A DNA stretch of 32,000 nucleotides from Desulfotalea psychrophila LSv54. Its GTDB lineage: Bacteria; Desulfobacterota; Desulfobulbia; Desulfobulbales; Desulfocapsaceae. The stretch is taken from the NCBI RefSeq assembly GCF_000025945.1, contig NC_006138.1, forward strand, positions 3,491,384 to 3,523,383, in the 5' to 3' direction. Position numbers and translations under genes: made by a program. Position 1 is the stretch's first letter, and every line of letters begins with the position of its first letter. Below the pieces are notes generated by a model. It had not been told where the DNA came from, searched no databases, and worked only from the letters and a program-made list of their open reading frames with translations. Below, in pieces: positions 16,986 through 25,981 of the stretch.

Positions 16986-17762
16986 TTGCCTGTAAAACAT
17001 CAACTAACCTGCCAGGGATTTTGCGCCCACTGTAACAGAACACACAGCCTACCCACAGGGGGAGCTGCCTACGAGCAGGCACAGACACTACTGGCAGAAC
17101 TTACCAACCAAGAATCTCTCAATATATTCAGTTCCCGACCAGCAGGGCAGTACTCGACCGCGCCACTATGGGGAGAAGCACGGGGAAAAATGTTTGGCGT
17201 GCTAGAGTGCCTTAACCAGAAAAAGGAACAGGTTTTTCTCTACGCCTTCTCAGGACAGTATACAGGAACCTGGCTTATTCCCGGCTGGGCACCACCTCTT
17301 TTTGATATCGACCAATACCATACTGTAAACAACTATAATGAAAGACGAGTCAAAAAGATGAGCCTCCACATAGACAAACTCACCAGAGAGACACCTCGCT
17401 CTGCCATTATTCCTCTTCTTAAAAAACAGAGGAAAAAGCTCTCCCAACAGCTGATGAGGGCTCTTCATGCCCTCTATGAGGTGCATAACTTCCAGGGGAA
17501 TTGCCAAGGCTTAGCCCAGGCCCTGACGGGACTACGAGGCATCCCCACCGGCACAGGTGATTGCTGTGCACCTAAATTAATCAACTCCGCAGCCACCCAG
17601 GGACTTGTCCCCTTAAGTATTGCCGAATTTTATTTTGGCCGAGAAAACAGATCAGCCAGCAGAAAACATGGCCATTTTTACTCTTCATGCACGACAAAAT
17701 GCACTCCGCTACTGGGCTTTATGCTCTGTGGATCTCACACGAAAGGAAAAGACAAGAGATGA
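16986..17762 (+). CDS. Cys-rich hypothetical protein, translationally coupled to the RluA-family gene
   Basis: TTG start with AAGGA upstream. Motifs seen: GKMFGVLEC, AFSGQ, GTGDCCAPKLIN and SCTTKCTPLLGFMLCG. Its TGA stop overlaps the ATG of the next gene (ATGA at 17759-17762). Confidence 0.65.
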   Translation: MPVKHQLTCQGFCAHCNRTHSLPTGGAAYEQAQTLLAELTNQESLNIFSSRPAGQYSTAPLWGEARGKMFGVLECLNQKKEQVFLYAFSGQYTGTWLIPGWAPPLFDIDQYHTVNNYNERRVKKMSLHIDKLTRETPRSAIIPLLKKQRKKLSQQLMRALHALYEVHNFQGNCQGLAQALTGLRGIPTGTGDCCAPKLINSAATQGLVPLSIAEFYFGRENRSASRKHGHFYSSCTTKCTPLLGFMLCGSHTKGKDKR

Positions 17763-18394
17763 AAGAACTGAAAATAATCTACAGAGACGACCATCTTGTG
17801 GTGGTGATAAAACCCGGAGGACTTCTCTCCGTGCCGGGACGAGGGCCAGAAAACAGTGACTGTGTCTCGTCACGACTCCAGGCCAAAATACCTGAGATGA
17901 TTACCCAACCGGCTGTGCACCGACTGGATATGTACACCTCGGGTCTCATGGTATATGCAGTGAGCAAAGAGATTCATCGTGCCCTCTCCATCCAGTTCCA
18001 GGAGCAGCAGGTTGACAAGAAGTACACCGCCCTCCTCGAAGGGTGCCTGCAAGAGGTATCGGGGGAGATCAGACTGCCCTTCCGGGTTGACCTGGACAAT
18101 CGCCCCATTCAAATACTCGATTACCAACACGGCAAAATGGGCATTACCCTCTGGCGTAAAATGGACGAGAAGAATGGCATCACCCGGGTGGAATTCACCC
18201 CAATGACAGGGCGCACCCACCAACTTCGGGTTCATGCAGCACACGCAAAGGGACTGGGAATACCAATCATTGGTGACAGTTTCTATGGTTCAGGTAGAGA
18301 CGGCGACGAGATGATGCTTCACGCCCATCAGCTCTCCTTTACCCATCCCATCATCGGGGAAAAACTCTATTTCAAAAACGACCCTGATTTTTAA
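17759..18394 (+). CDS. RluA-family pseudouridine synthase
   Basis: IIYRDDHLVVVIKPGGLLSVPG, the catalytic HRLDMYTSGLMVYA motif, and TGRTHQLRVH. I prefer the start at 17759 over the listed 17687. Confidence 0.9.
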   Translation: MKELKIIYRDDHLVVVIKPGGLLSVPGRGPENSDCVSSRLQAKIPEMITQPAVHRLDMYTSGLMVYAVSKEIHRALSIQFQEQQVDKKYTALLEGCLQEVSGEIRLPFRVDLDNRPIQILDYQHGKMGITLWRKMDEKNGITRVEFTPMTGRTHQLRVHAAHAKGLGIPIIGDSFYGSGRDGDEMMLHAHQLSFTHPIIGEKLYFKNDPDF

Positions 18395-21300
18395 GCAAAA
18401 GAGAATGTCTCTGCAAAGTCTACAACCTTGTCCCGATCAATGGGCTTTGCAAAATGATAACCCTGCCCATAGCGACAGCCCAAGGCACAGACCAGATCAA
18501 GATGCTCCCTCTCCTCTACGCCCTCTACCACAACAGGAATTTCCAGACTTTTACTCATCCGGACCAGAGCTTCCAGCACCGTCATCCGCTGCACTGATTC
18601 ATGAGCCTGAAGCAGAAAAGACTTATCCACCTTCAGGACATCAAAGGGCAGGTCGGCAAGATGACCAAAGGAGGAGTAGCCCGTACCAAAATCATCAATA
18701 TGAATGCCGATGCCACTCTCGCGCAGATCCATAAGAATCCTTTTACCAAAGCGTACATTGCTCATCAGAGCACTTTCTGTTACCTCTATGGCGAGGTCAG
18801 AGGGCTTAAGGCCATACCTTTCAACAGTCTTTATAATTCGTTGAGCCAGATTCAAATCTACCAGTTCATTTTGCGAGAGATTAACGCTTACCCGAATATG
18901 ATCCAGGGCAGTAGTCTGTTGGCGCCACTGGGCAATATTGGCACAGGTTAGCTCAAGCACAGCCTCATCAATTTTAGAAATAATGCCAATTTCTTCTGCC
19001 ACAGGCAGAAATTGATCAGGGAAGAGATACCCCAGACGGGGATTCTGCCAACGAACAAGGGCCTCAAAACCTGCCAGTCGTCTCTGCTCAAGATCAATGA
19101 TGGGCTGATACTGAACAACAAGTTCCTCCGGGTCAAACTCATTTGTCAAAATTTGTTCAATCTCAATTGTTTTTCTGACTCTTGAATGAAGCTTTTGGTT
19201 AAACACCCGGAAATATTTTGGACTGTTGTACTTCGCCTCATACATTGCAATATCAGCATAACGAAGCACATCGTGTATATTATCATACTGGCAAATATCC
19301 ATAACCAGACCAACGCTTACTCCCGTTAAAATTGTCCGTCCATCAATCTCAACACCGGCCTCCACACTCTTGATGATGCTAGCCACCAGCTTAACAACCT
19401 TGGCAGGAGAGACAATATCCTCCAAAATAATGGCAAACTCATCTCCACCAAGACGTGCGAGCAGATCTAACTCTCGTAACTGAGATCGTATTTTAACCAC
19501 CACCTCAACCAAAACCCGATCACCGACATTATGCCCAAGTGAATCATTAATCTGCTTAAAGCGATTAAGATCAAGCATTAAAAGGGCATGTCTTCTCCTC
19601 TCTCCATCCGTTGGATTAAATAACTTCTCTCCCCAATCAAGAAAATACTGTCTATTTACAAGTCCGGTCAGATTATCGTGATTCGCCTGATGAAGCAGAC
19701 GTTCATAGACCTGATCTCTTTCAATTGCCCGCACAACCTGCTCTGCTACCGCCTCAAGCAGATAGACATCGTCCCGATCAAAGGCATTCTCCTGCTGATA
19801 ATCCTGAATGGCAAAAATGCCAATGGGCACATTCCCTAGCATCAAAGGCACACCGAGCCATGATGCGGGCACAACACCTATACAGGTCTTCATCTCAACA
19901 TCATTAATTGAGAAAATTTGACTGCTACCACGACGCATGACATAGCCACTCAAGCCTGGAATACTGGCAAAATCTTCACTATTAATACGATATTGAGCCT
20001 GCACCCTCTCACTCTCTCTCTCATCTCGATAGTAGACAAACTCAAAGGCCTTTTCCTCATGCCGCCAAAGGGCCACATAAAAGTTATTTACCTGACTATA
20101 GGAGGCTATCGCCTCATGTACCGCCTCAAGATAACGACCAAGCCCCTGATTGAGATAATTTGCCATGGAAACCTGATAAAGTACCTGCAGGGTATGCTCT
20201 CGTTTTCTCCTTTGACTAACATCCGTATGACTGCCAATGATCTGTAAGAGTTCACCATCTTGCCACACACCCAGGGCCCTGCTCTGTAGCCAACAATAGT
20301 GACCATCTCTGTGCAAAATTCGATATTGAATATCATAACTTGGAGAGTCGGGAGAGAGAGAACGGTTTGTCTCCACAACCTGAACATAATCTTCAGGATG
20401 AACAAGATCCCACCAGGCCTCAATTGAAGAATTAAAATCAATCTCTTCATAACCAATCATCTTCTTAGCTTTCGCTGAGATAAAAAGGCTCTCATCCACA
20501 AGGTTCCACTCCCAAAAACCATGAATGCCCACATCAACAATCCGTTTATACTGATCTTTTTCCTGTTGAAGGCATCCTATCTGCTCTTGGTAAGCAGTTG
20601 TCTCAACAATCGTTTCCATATAGCCATAGATATCACCCTGCGAAGAACGTAATATTTTAGCCGTTACTTCAAGGGTCTTCACCCTATCCAAAAATTCTAC
20701 AGAGCGCAGGGCAGTAACAACATCGTCTTGAGAAAAGATTTGCTCATAGTGCTCAAAAAATTCTTCCTGCACCTCTGGAGAACTATCAAGAAAATCAATG
20801 AGAAGGGGCTTACCTGTGGGAGAAATAGCTGAACGATATATCTCAGGTCCCTCCTGTAAAACCTCCTGTCGGGAAACCCCTGTCAAAGCTTCCAGGGCTG
20901 CATTCCAAACGCGTACCTTTTTCTGTCGATCCGTCACCATAACTGCAAAGGGCAGGGCCTCAAGAGTGGCAAGAAAACACGTCGCCTCATTCTTACGCCG
21001 ATAACAATTAAAAAGGACAAAGAAAAGTATGACAAGAGAAAAAGCCAGGGGGATGAGCAAGAGAAAATAAACATACTGCTCATCAATCCATGCCCTCAAA
21101 TTAAAAAATGGCAAGCTACGTCTACCGACAGAGACAAAGACATAGTGTTGATCGCCAAGGGCTAATAACTGCCAACTAAGCCCATAGATGCAATCGTCGT
21201 CCTGCACAAGACGTACATCAGTACCTTCCATAGAGTTGGCAAAATCAGCCCCACCAAAGACAGGATATTTATCTATAAGAGTACGTAAAAATGGCCTGCC

Positions 21301-21897
21301 AACATCCTCTTTATCTGCGGATAAAAGGATTCGCCCAGACCTTGTCAATAAATATTTAGAGAGGATCAGGTTATCAGAAATATCGGTGCCAAACCTCTTA
21401 TGCAATCTCCGCCAACTCAATTCGCTGAGGACATAGCCCCCGTCTGGGAATGAGGATTGGGTCACCATATATGGCCTGGATTTAGAGTTCGCCTCGGGCA
21501 ATCGGAGCACATAGGAAGAATTTGTCTCAGGAACAATTTTAGCGGAGTACAATCCCCCAATAACAGCGCGAATGCCCTCTATATCGGCCTGAGAAAAATA
21601 GCTGTATTTCGTCGACTTATAGGCCCAGACGGTGGGATATCTCCCTGGATCCCTCCTGTCAGAGGCCATCAAGGATTGCTGAGAGAGACGAGCCTCAATC
21701 TGATACTGCTGCAGGAGCTGTTGCAGGCTGGTAGCGGAGGCATTTGTCGCCTCCCGTAAAGAATTTTTGGTGGCCTGACTAGCTAAATCCTTCTGTTGCT
21801 GTATGTAGGCGCGATCAAAAAAGCAGTAGGCAAGAATAAAAAAACAGCCTAGCAGACCTAAGGCAAACAAACGAAATATACATCTTGTTGACATCAT
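18391..21897 (-). CDS. membrane-bound sensory diguanylate cyclase/phosphodiesterase (periplasmic domain-TM-PAS-PAS-GAF-GGDEF-EAL)
   Basis: N-terminal TM, a periplasmic region of about 240 aa, then a second TM. PAS-like and GAF-like regions follow. GGDEF (RLGGDEFAI), EAL (GFEALVRW), DDFGTGYSS, KVDKSF and EGVE are all intact. Confidence 0.9.
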   Translation of the reverse strand: MMSTRCIFRLFALGLLGCFFILAYCFFDRAYIQQQKDLASQATKNSLREATNASATSLQQLLQQYQIEARLSQQSLMASDRRDPGRYPTVWAYKSTKYSYFSQADIEGIRAVIGGLYSAKIVPETNSSYVLRLPEANSKSRPYMVTQSSFPDGGYVLSELSWRRLHKRFGTDISDNLILSKYLLTRSGRILLSADKEDVGRPFLRTLIDKYPVFGGADFANSMEGTDVRLVQDDDCIYGLSWQLLALGDQHYVFVSVGRRSLPFFNLRAWIDEQYVYFLLLIPLAFSLVILFFVLFNCYRRKNEATCFLATLEALPFAVMVTDRQKKVRVWNAALEALTGVSRQEVLQEGPEIYRSAISPTGKPLLIDFLDSSPEVQEEFFEHYEQIFSQDDVVTALRSVEFLDRVKTLEVTAKILRSSQGDIYGYMETIVETTAYQEQIGCLQQEKDQYKRIVDVGIHGFWEWNLVDESLFISAKAKKMIGYEEIDFNSSIEAWWDLVHPEDYVQVVETNRSLSPDSPSYDIQYRILHRDGHYCWLQSRALGVWQDGELLQIIGSHTDVSQRRKREHTLQVLYQVSMANYLNQGLGRYLEAVHEAIASYSQVNNFYVALWRHEEKAFEFVYYRDERESERVQAQYRINSEDFASIPGLSGYVMRRGSSQIFSINDVEMKTCIGVVPASWLGVPLMLGNVPIGIFAIQDYQQENAFDRDDVYLLEAVAEQVVRAIERDQVYERLLHQANHDNLTGLVNRQYFLDWGEKLFNPTDGERRRHALLMLDLNRFKQINDSLGHNVGDRVLVEVVVKIRSQLRELDLLARLGGDEFAIILEDIVSPAKVVKLVASIIKSVEAGVEIDGRTILTGVSVGLVMDICQYDNIHDVLRYADIAMYEAKYNSPKYFRVFNQKLHSRVRKTIEIEQILTNEFDPEELVVQYQPIIDLEQRRLAGFEALVRWQNPRLGYLFPDQFLPVAEEIGIISKIDEAVLELTCANIAQWRQQTTALDHIRVSVNLSQNELVDLNLAQRIIKTVERYGLKPSDLAIEVTESALMSNVRFGKRILMDLRESGIGIHIDDFGTGYSSFGHLADLPFDVLKVDKSFLLQAHESVQRMTVLEALVRMSKSLEIPVVVEGVEEREHLDLVCALGCRYGQGYHFAKPIDRDKVVDFAETFSFA

Positions 21898-21903
21898 AAA
21901 TAT

Positions 21904-22425
21904 TTAGAAAAGAGGACCAGAAAGAGTAACTACTTGAAGATCAGTATCCTGGGAAAGATTCACCCACTCATCACCTGCCACATCCATATCAGCTATACTA
22001 TCAATTTTCATTTTCAGATATCTGCCATGCCCCTCGGCAGCAACACTACCATCGCCAAGAAGAAGACGTCCCTCACCAGAAAAACTTCGCCCTGTCTCCT
22101 TGGTCAGACGACAGACAACCCGCAGAGGTTCACCAAGGGGGATCGGTTTACGAAAACGGAGGGAAAAATCAAGTGTCACCCCCCAAACCTCGGAATTAGG
22201 GGATTGATTGATGACCCGACCAATGGCCTCATCAAGAATGGCTGCCGTAACGCCACCATGCAGTCTACCGGGGTAGCTTTGATGTACCTCAAGAGGAGTA
22301 AACATAGCCAGAAGATAGCCGTTCTCCAATACATAAAAGGTACTCTTCAAACCGGCATCATTTGCGTAACCACAGACAAAACAATTTTTGCTATGGGGTT
22401 GTTTAAACAGAACTCTATATTCCAC
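21904..22425 (-). CDS. PaaI/hotdog-fold acyl-CoA thioesterase
   Basis: NCFVCG...GL ... HQSYPGRLHGGVTAAILDEAIG, typical of PaaI-type thioesterases. I prefer the GTG start at 22425 (GGGAGG 5 nt upstream) over the listed TTG at 22509. The gene ends 6 nt before the GGDEF-EAL gene. Confidence 0.8.
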   Translation of the reverse strand: MEYRVLFKQPHSKNCFVCGYANDAGLKSTFYVLENGYLLAMFTPLEVHQSYPGRLHGGVTAAILDEAIGRVINQSPNSEVWGVTLDFSLRFRKPIPLGEPLRVVCRLTKETGRSFSGEGRLLLGDGSVAAEGHGRYLKMKIDSIADMDVAGDEWVNLSQDTDLQVVTLSGPLF

Positions 22426-22599
22426 TGCAGCCTCCCAATCACGGCACGAATCTCTTTTCAGAAAAAACAGATGGACAAAAATAGCCCTTCTCTTAAGGAA
22501 TAGGTACAAAAAAAATACAATTCACCGCCTGGCTTAAAACAATCCCTTTGGAGGGCTAAGAATTACCCTCAGACCGTTGTTCCTGCAAAAGGGGATAGG

Positions 22600-22638
22600 C
22601 AGAAATACAAAGAGGGCTTATCCCCTATAGGATAGCCC
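22600..22638 (-). terminator. possible terminator of the Tim44-like gene
   Basis: The minus strand has GGGCTATCC / GGATAAGCCC (9 bp with one bulge) followed by the T-rich TCTTTGTATTTCT. The structure is imperfect. Confidence 0.35.
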
Positions 22639-22676
22639 CCTTTACACAACATTTTTCACCTACTCAAACCAGAAGA

Positions 22677-23603
22677 CTAATTTATCCCCTCAAGCTTCCA
22701 ATTATTGGTCTTTACAGAACGAGCCCAGGTCCACTCCTCCTCAAATTTAACAGGCGCAGTATTACTACCCTCAACAATATCTCCTGTTTTATCATCCACG
22801 GTATAATCAAGTAGACTGGCTATAAAGCGAACAGTGACAAAATCTTCCAGCCCATCGGAACCCGCAGCAATGACCTCTATTGAACGTACCGCAATGGACT
22901 CCAGCTTGTTGGTACGCCCCGCAGCCTTCATTTTGGCAAATTGGCTTGTATACTCTTCGGCCAGTTGATTCCCCACCAGATGACGATAGGAACTTATATC
23001 GCGACGCATCCAACCTGCCTGGATCTGAAAAAACACATCGGAGGCAACCTGAATAAAATGCTCCTTTTCAAAATCCTGGTCAGTCGCCTTGATTTGGTCT
23101 ATTCCCTCGTCAAGATCGGACATGCCTGCAAAAGCCGGGGCTGGAGGTGGTCGCACGTCGGTATTTTCGCCCCCATTCATACCACCGCCAAAGGAGGGGG
23201 TTGCAGTTGGTCTGGTATAGGCTGACTCTTTTCCGCCCTTGGACTGTTGTTTAAATTTTCGAAAAAGAAAATAGGCACCACCGGCAAGGATAAGAATGGG
23301 TAAAATCCCCATGCCACCACCGCCACCGCTACCACCACCGCCAAACATCGAGCCAAAGAGCATACCACCAAGGGCACCTCCAAGCAGACCGCCCATCAGA
23401 CCACGGGAAAAGCTACTCTTACCAGCCGCTCCCGCCTTAGTGGAGCTCATACTCTTAGTGGGAGAACTCTTCGTCCTGCTAAAACTCCGACCGCCCCTCA
23501 TCGACCTGGCCTCTGAATAATCCGCGGTAATTCCACCTTCCACGAAAGACAGGGCAATCAACACCAAAAAAAATGGCGTTAACTTCTTCAAGATTCCAAA
23601 CAT
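22677..23603 (-). CDS. Tim44-like domain protein (signal/TM, Gly-rich linker, TM, C-terminal Tim44-like domain)
   Basis: N-terminal hydrophobic segment, poly-Gly stretch GGGGSGGGGGMG, second TM ILPILILAGGAYFLF. The C-terminal domain of about 150 aa (FEKEHFIQVASDVFFQIQAGWMRRD ... WTWAR....NWKLEGI) is typical of bacterial Tim44 homologues. I prefer the start at 23603 (GGAGAG Shine-Dalgarno). Confidence 0.75.
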   Translation of the reverse strand: MFGILKKLTPFFLVLIALSFVEGGITADYSEARSMRGGRSFSRTKSSPTKSMSSTKAGAAGKSSFSRGLMGGLLGGALGGMLFGSMFGGGGSGGGGGMGILPILILAGGAYFLFRKFKQQSKGGKESAYTRPTATPSFGGGMNGGENTDVRPPPAPAFAGMSDLDEGIDQIKATDQDFEKEHFIQVASDVFFQIQAGWMRRDISSYRHLVGNQLAEEYTSQFAKMKAAGRTNKLESIAVRSIEVIAAGSDGLEDFVTVRFIASLLDYTVDDKTGDIVEGSNTAPVKFEEEWTWARSVKTNNWKLEGIN

Positions 23604-23716
23604 TTGCTCTCCATCATCCATAAATTAATCTAACTCAGTTCAAAAAAACCAAGTAACATTCAAACACAACCTGGTAAAAAATAAGCGTCCAAACCAATAA
23701 AGGCAAGTTTCTCCGT

Positions 23717-25852
23717 CTATTCCCTGCGATATTTTCGTGAATTACCATCTATTGCCTCTCGTACCAGACGAGAAAGTTTAGACATTGTCAGGGGTTTTAT
23801 CATAATGGCGGCAATACCCATAGCCCGGGCCTCACCCACATCCACCATACTCGAATAACCTGTATGTAAAATCACCGGCACTTCAGAGCCCAGTTCTTTT
23901 ACCCGCCGACTTAATTCAAGTCCCGACATAAAGGGCATGGTCAGATCAGTTATAACAAGATCGTAATTATCGGGGTTTTCGGCAAAGTGCTCAAGGGCGA
24001 CCCTGCTATCTGTAAAAACAGTGGGTTTATAGCCCAGATAAGTCAGCATCTGTCCCGCCATCTGAGCAAGGATCTGCTCATCATCAACAAAAAGCACCCT
24101 CTCTTTGCCAACCAGCAGGGGCGAACTCAAATGTGCCTTTACCTGCACCTGCTCATCCTGGACAATAGGAAAGTAGAGATAAAAGGAACTTCCTTTACCT
24201 AGCTGACTCTCAACCCGTATAGCTCCACCGAGACTATCCATAATACCCTGAACAACCGCAAGGCCAAGACCTGTCCCCTCACACTGCATCTTAGTGGTAA
24301 AATAGGGATCAAATATTTTTTCGAGAAGATCAGACTCTATGCCAATACCATCATCCATAACAGCCAGACACAGACATGTCCTGCCTGAAAGCTCATGGAT
24401 ATCATGTAATCCTGCATCCAGGTCAACTTTTTTATAGCTCACCTTGAGGGTGCCACCGCCCTTCTGCATGGCATGAGCCGCATTGGTACAGAGGTTCATC
24501 ACCACCTGATGGATTCGGTCAGGGTTGGCAAGAACTGTTTCAAGGCCCTCGCCAATATCATGCTCAATACAGACAGAGGTCGGCAGACTTACTCGAACAA
24601 ACTTCAAGGCCTCCAGAATAACCTCTGATAATCCCATCACTGTTTCTTCGGAGGTCTCGGCCCTGGTAAGGGAGAGTATCTGACGAACCAAATTACGGGC
24701 CCGTTCACTTGCCTTTTGCACCTGCTCAAGATTACTCCGCACATCATCACTACAGGTCTCTGTAAAAAGGCTCAGATCAGTATAACCAACAATGGCGGAA
24801 AGAATGTTGTTAAAATCATGGGCTATACCACCTGCAAGGGTGGCAATAGCATCCCTTTTTTGAGCCTGAAGGACAAACTCCTCTGAACGTTTTAAAGCCG
24901 AAGTAACATCGGTTCTGCGCCTGACATCGCTTACCCGATAGGCAAGGACCTCACCCAGCTCCAGATCATGATCCTGAAACAGGGCAGGGAGATTACCGTC
25001 AGCCACCTTATCGTAAAGCACCAGCAAAGAGGCTACCTCACCCCCTTGGTCCAAGAAGGGAAAAATGACAAATGAGTCATTGCTATAACTCATACAGGCA
25101 CATGCTTGTAAAGAAATATCTTTGGATATATGCCCCATGCAGGCCCGCTTCTCCCTCAGGACTTTCGCACAGAGGCTACTCTCTGGCAGGGGAAAAAAAA
25201 TGTTTTGCGGCGACGGAAAGCCAGTGTTCAGACGGGCAGCAAGGGTAAGATGATCCTCCTCTACATGATACATGCAACCCTTGGTGGCACCCAAATCATC
25301 GGCAAATTCCTGAAGAATCATGCCATCACGTCGATCAAGGTCTGTGCAACGAATAAACTTTTGCCCAGAGCTGACCATATTTCTAAAGCGCCTATCCAGC
25401 TGACTTAACTCTTCCTCTTTTTCCGCAACCTGGGTTATAAGTGCTTCCTGATATTTTTTATTTTCACGGGAGAGACGGATGTAATCAAGGGATTTTTCTA
25501 CGACATGAACCAGGATAGACGGTTCAATAATAGGCTTGTGCAGATAGTCAAGGGCCCCAAAACGAAGAAACTTTGCTATTTCAGCAACATCCTGACCGGA
25601 AGAAGTCATAATAACTGGCAATTCCGGGAGCAGGAGTTGTATTTCCTGCAGGACATCTACACCATGGATATCCGGTAAAGAACTATGCAGCAATACAAGA
25701 TCGATATCATGCCTGAGACAGAGGGCTAAGCCCTCACGCCCCGTTTTTGCTTCCAAAACTCCGTAGCCACATCTTTCTAAATAAACTTTCGTGGTTTTGC
25801 GAAAAGAGTATTCGTCATCAATAATCAAAATCACAGATTGTTTATAATACAT
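23717..25852 (-). CDS. hybrid sensor histidine kinase (atypical REC - GAF-like - HisKA - HATPase_c - REC)
   Basis: H-box IAHDFNNILSAIVGY, N-box NLCTNAAHAM, G1 DDGIGI and G2 GTGLGLAV. The C-terminal receiver has DLVITDLTMP. The N-terminal receiver has DLVLLHSSLPD (His at the acceptor position). Confidence 0.9.
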   Translation of the reverse strand: MYYKQSVILIIDDEYSFRKTTKVYLERCGYGVLEAKTGREGLALCLRHDIDLVLLHSSLPDIHGVDVLQEIQLLLPELPVIMTSSGQDVAEIAKFLRFGALDYLHKPIIEPSILVHVVEKSLDYIRLSRENKKYQEALITQVAEKEEELSQLDRRFRNMVSSGQKFIRCTDLDRRDGMILQEFADDLGATKGCMYHVEEDHLTLAARLNTGFPSPQNIFFPLPESSLCAKVLREKRACMGHISKDISLQACACMSYSNDSFVIFPFLDQGGEVASLLVLYDKVADGNLPALFQDHDLELGEVLAYRVSDVRRRTDVTSALKRSEEFVLQAQKRDAIATLAGGIAHDFNNILSAIVGYTDLSLFTETCSDDVRSNLEQVQKASERARNLVRQILSLTRAETSEETVMGLSEVILEALKFVRVSLPTSVCIEHDIGEGLETVLANPDRIHQVVMNLCTNAAHAMQKGGGTLKVSYKKVDLDAGLHDIHELSGRTCLCLAVMDDGIGIESDLLEKIFDPYFTTKMQCEGTGLGLAVVQGIMDSLGGAIRVESQLGKGSSFYLYFPIVQDEQVQVKAHLSSPLLVGKERVLFVDDEQILAQMAGQMLTYLGYKPTVFTDSRVALEHFAENPDNYDLVITDLTMPFMSGLELSRRVKELGSEVPVILHTGYSSMVDVGEARAMGIAAIMIKPLTMSKLSRLVREAIDGNSRKYRRE

Positions 25853-25981
25853 AAAGAGTCTTCACGGGGTGAAAAAAGGGAGACGATTATTATTGTTACT
25901 GCAACAATTTCATGATAAATGCTAACATACGTTCATAACTTTTTTAAATTATACTACTTTTTTTATCCTGTAAAGAATATC

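Noticed and set aside
21934-22503. 189-aa plus-strand ORF
   Set aside because: It is antisense to the PaaI-type thioesterase, whose motifs are clear on the minus strand.
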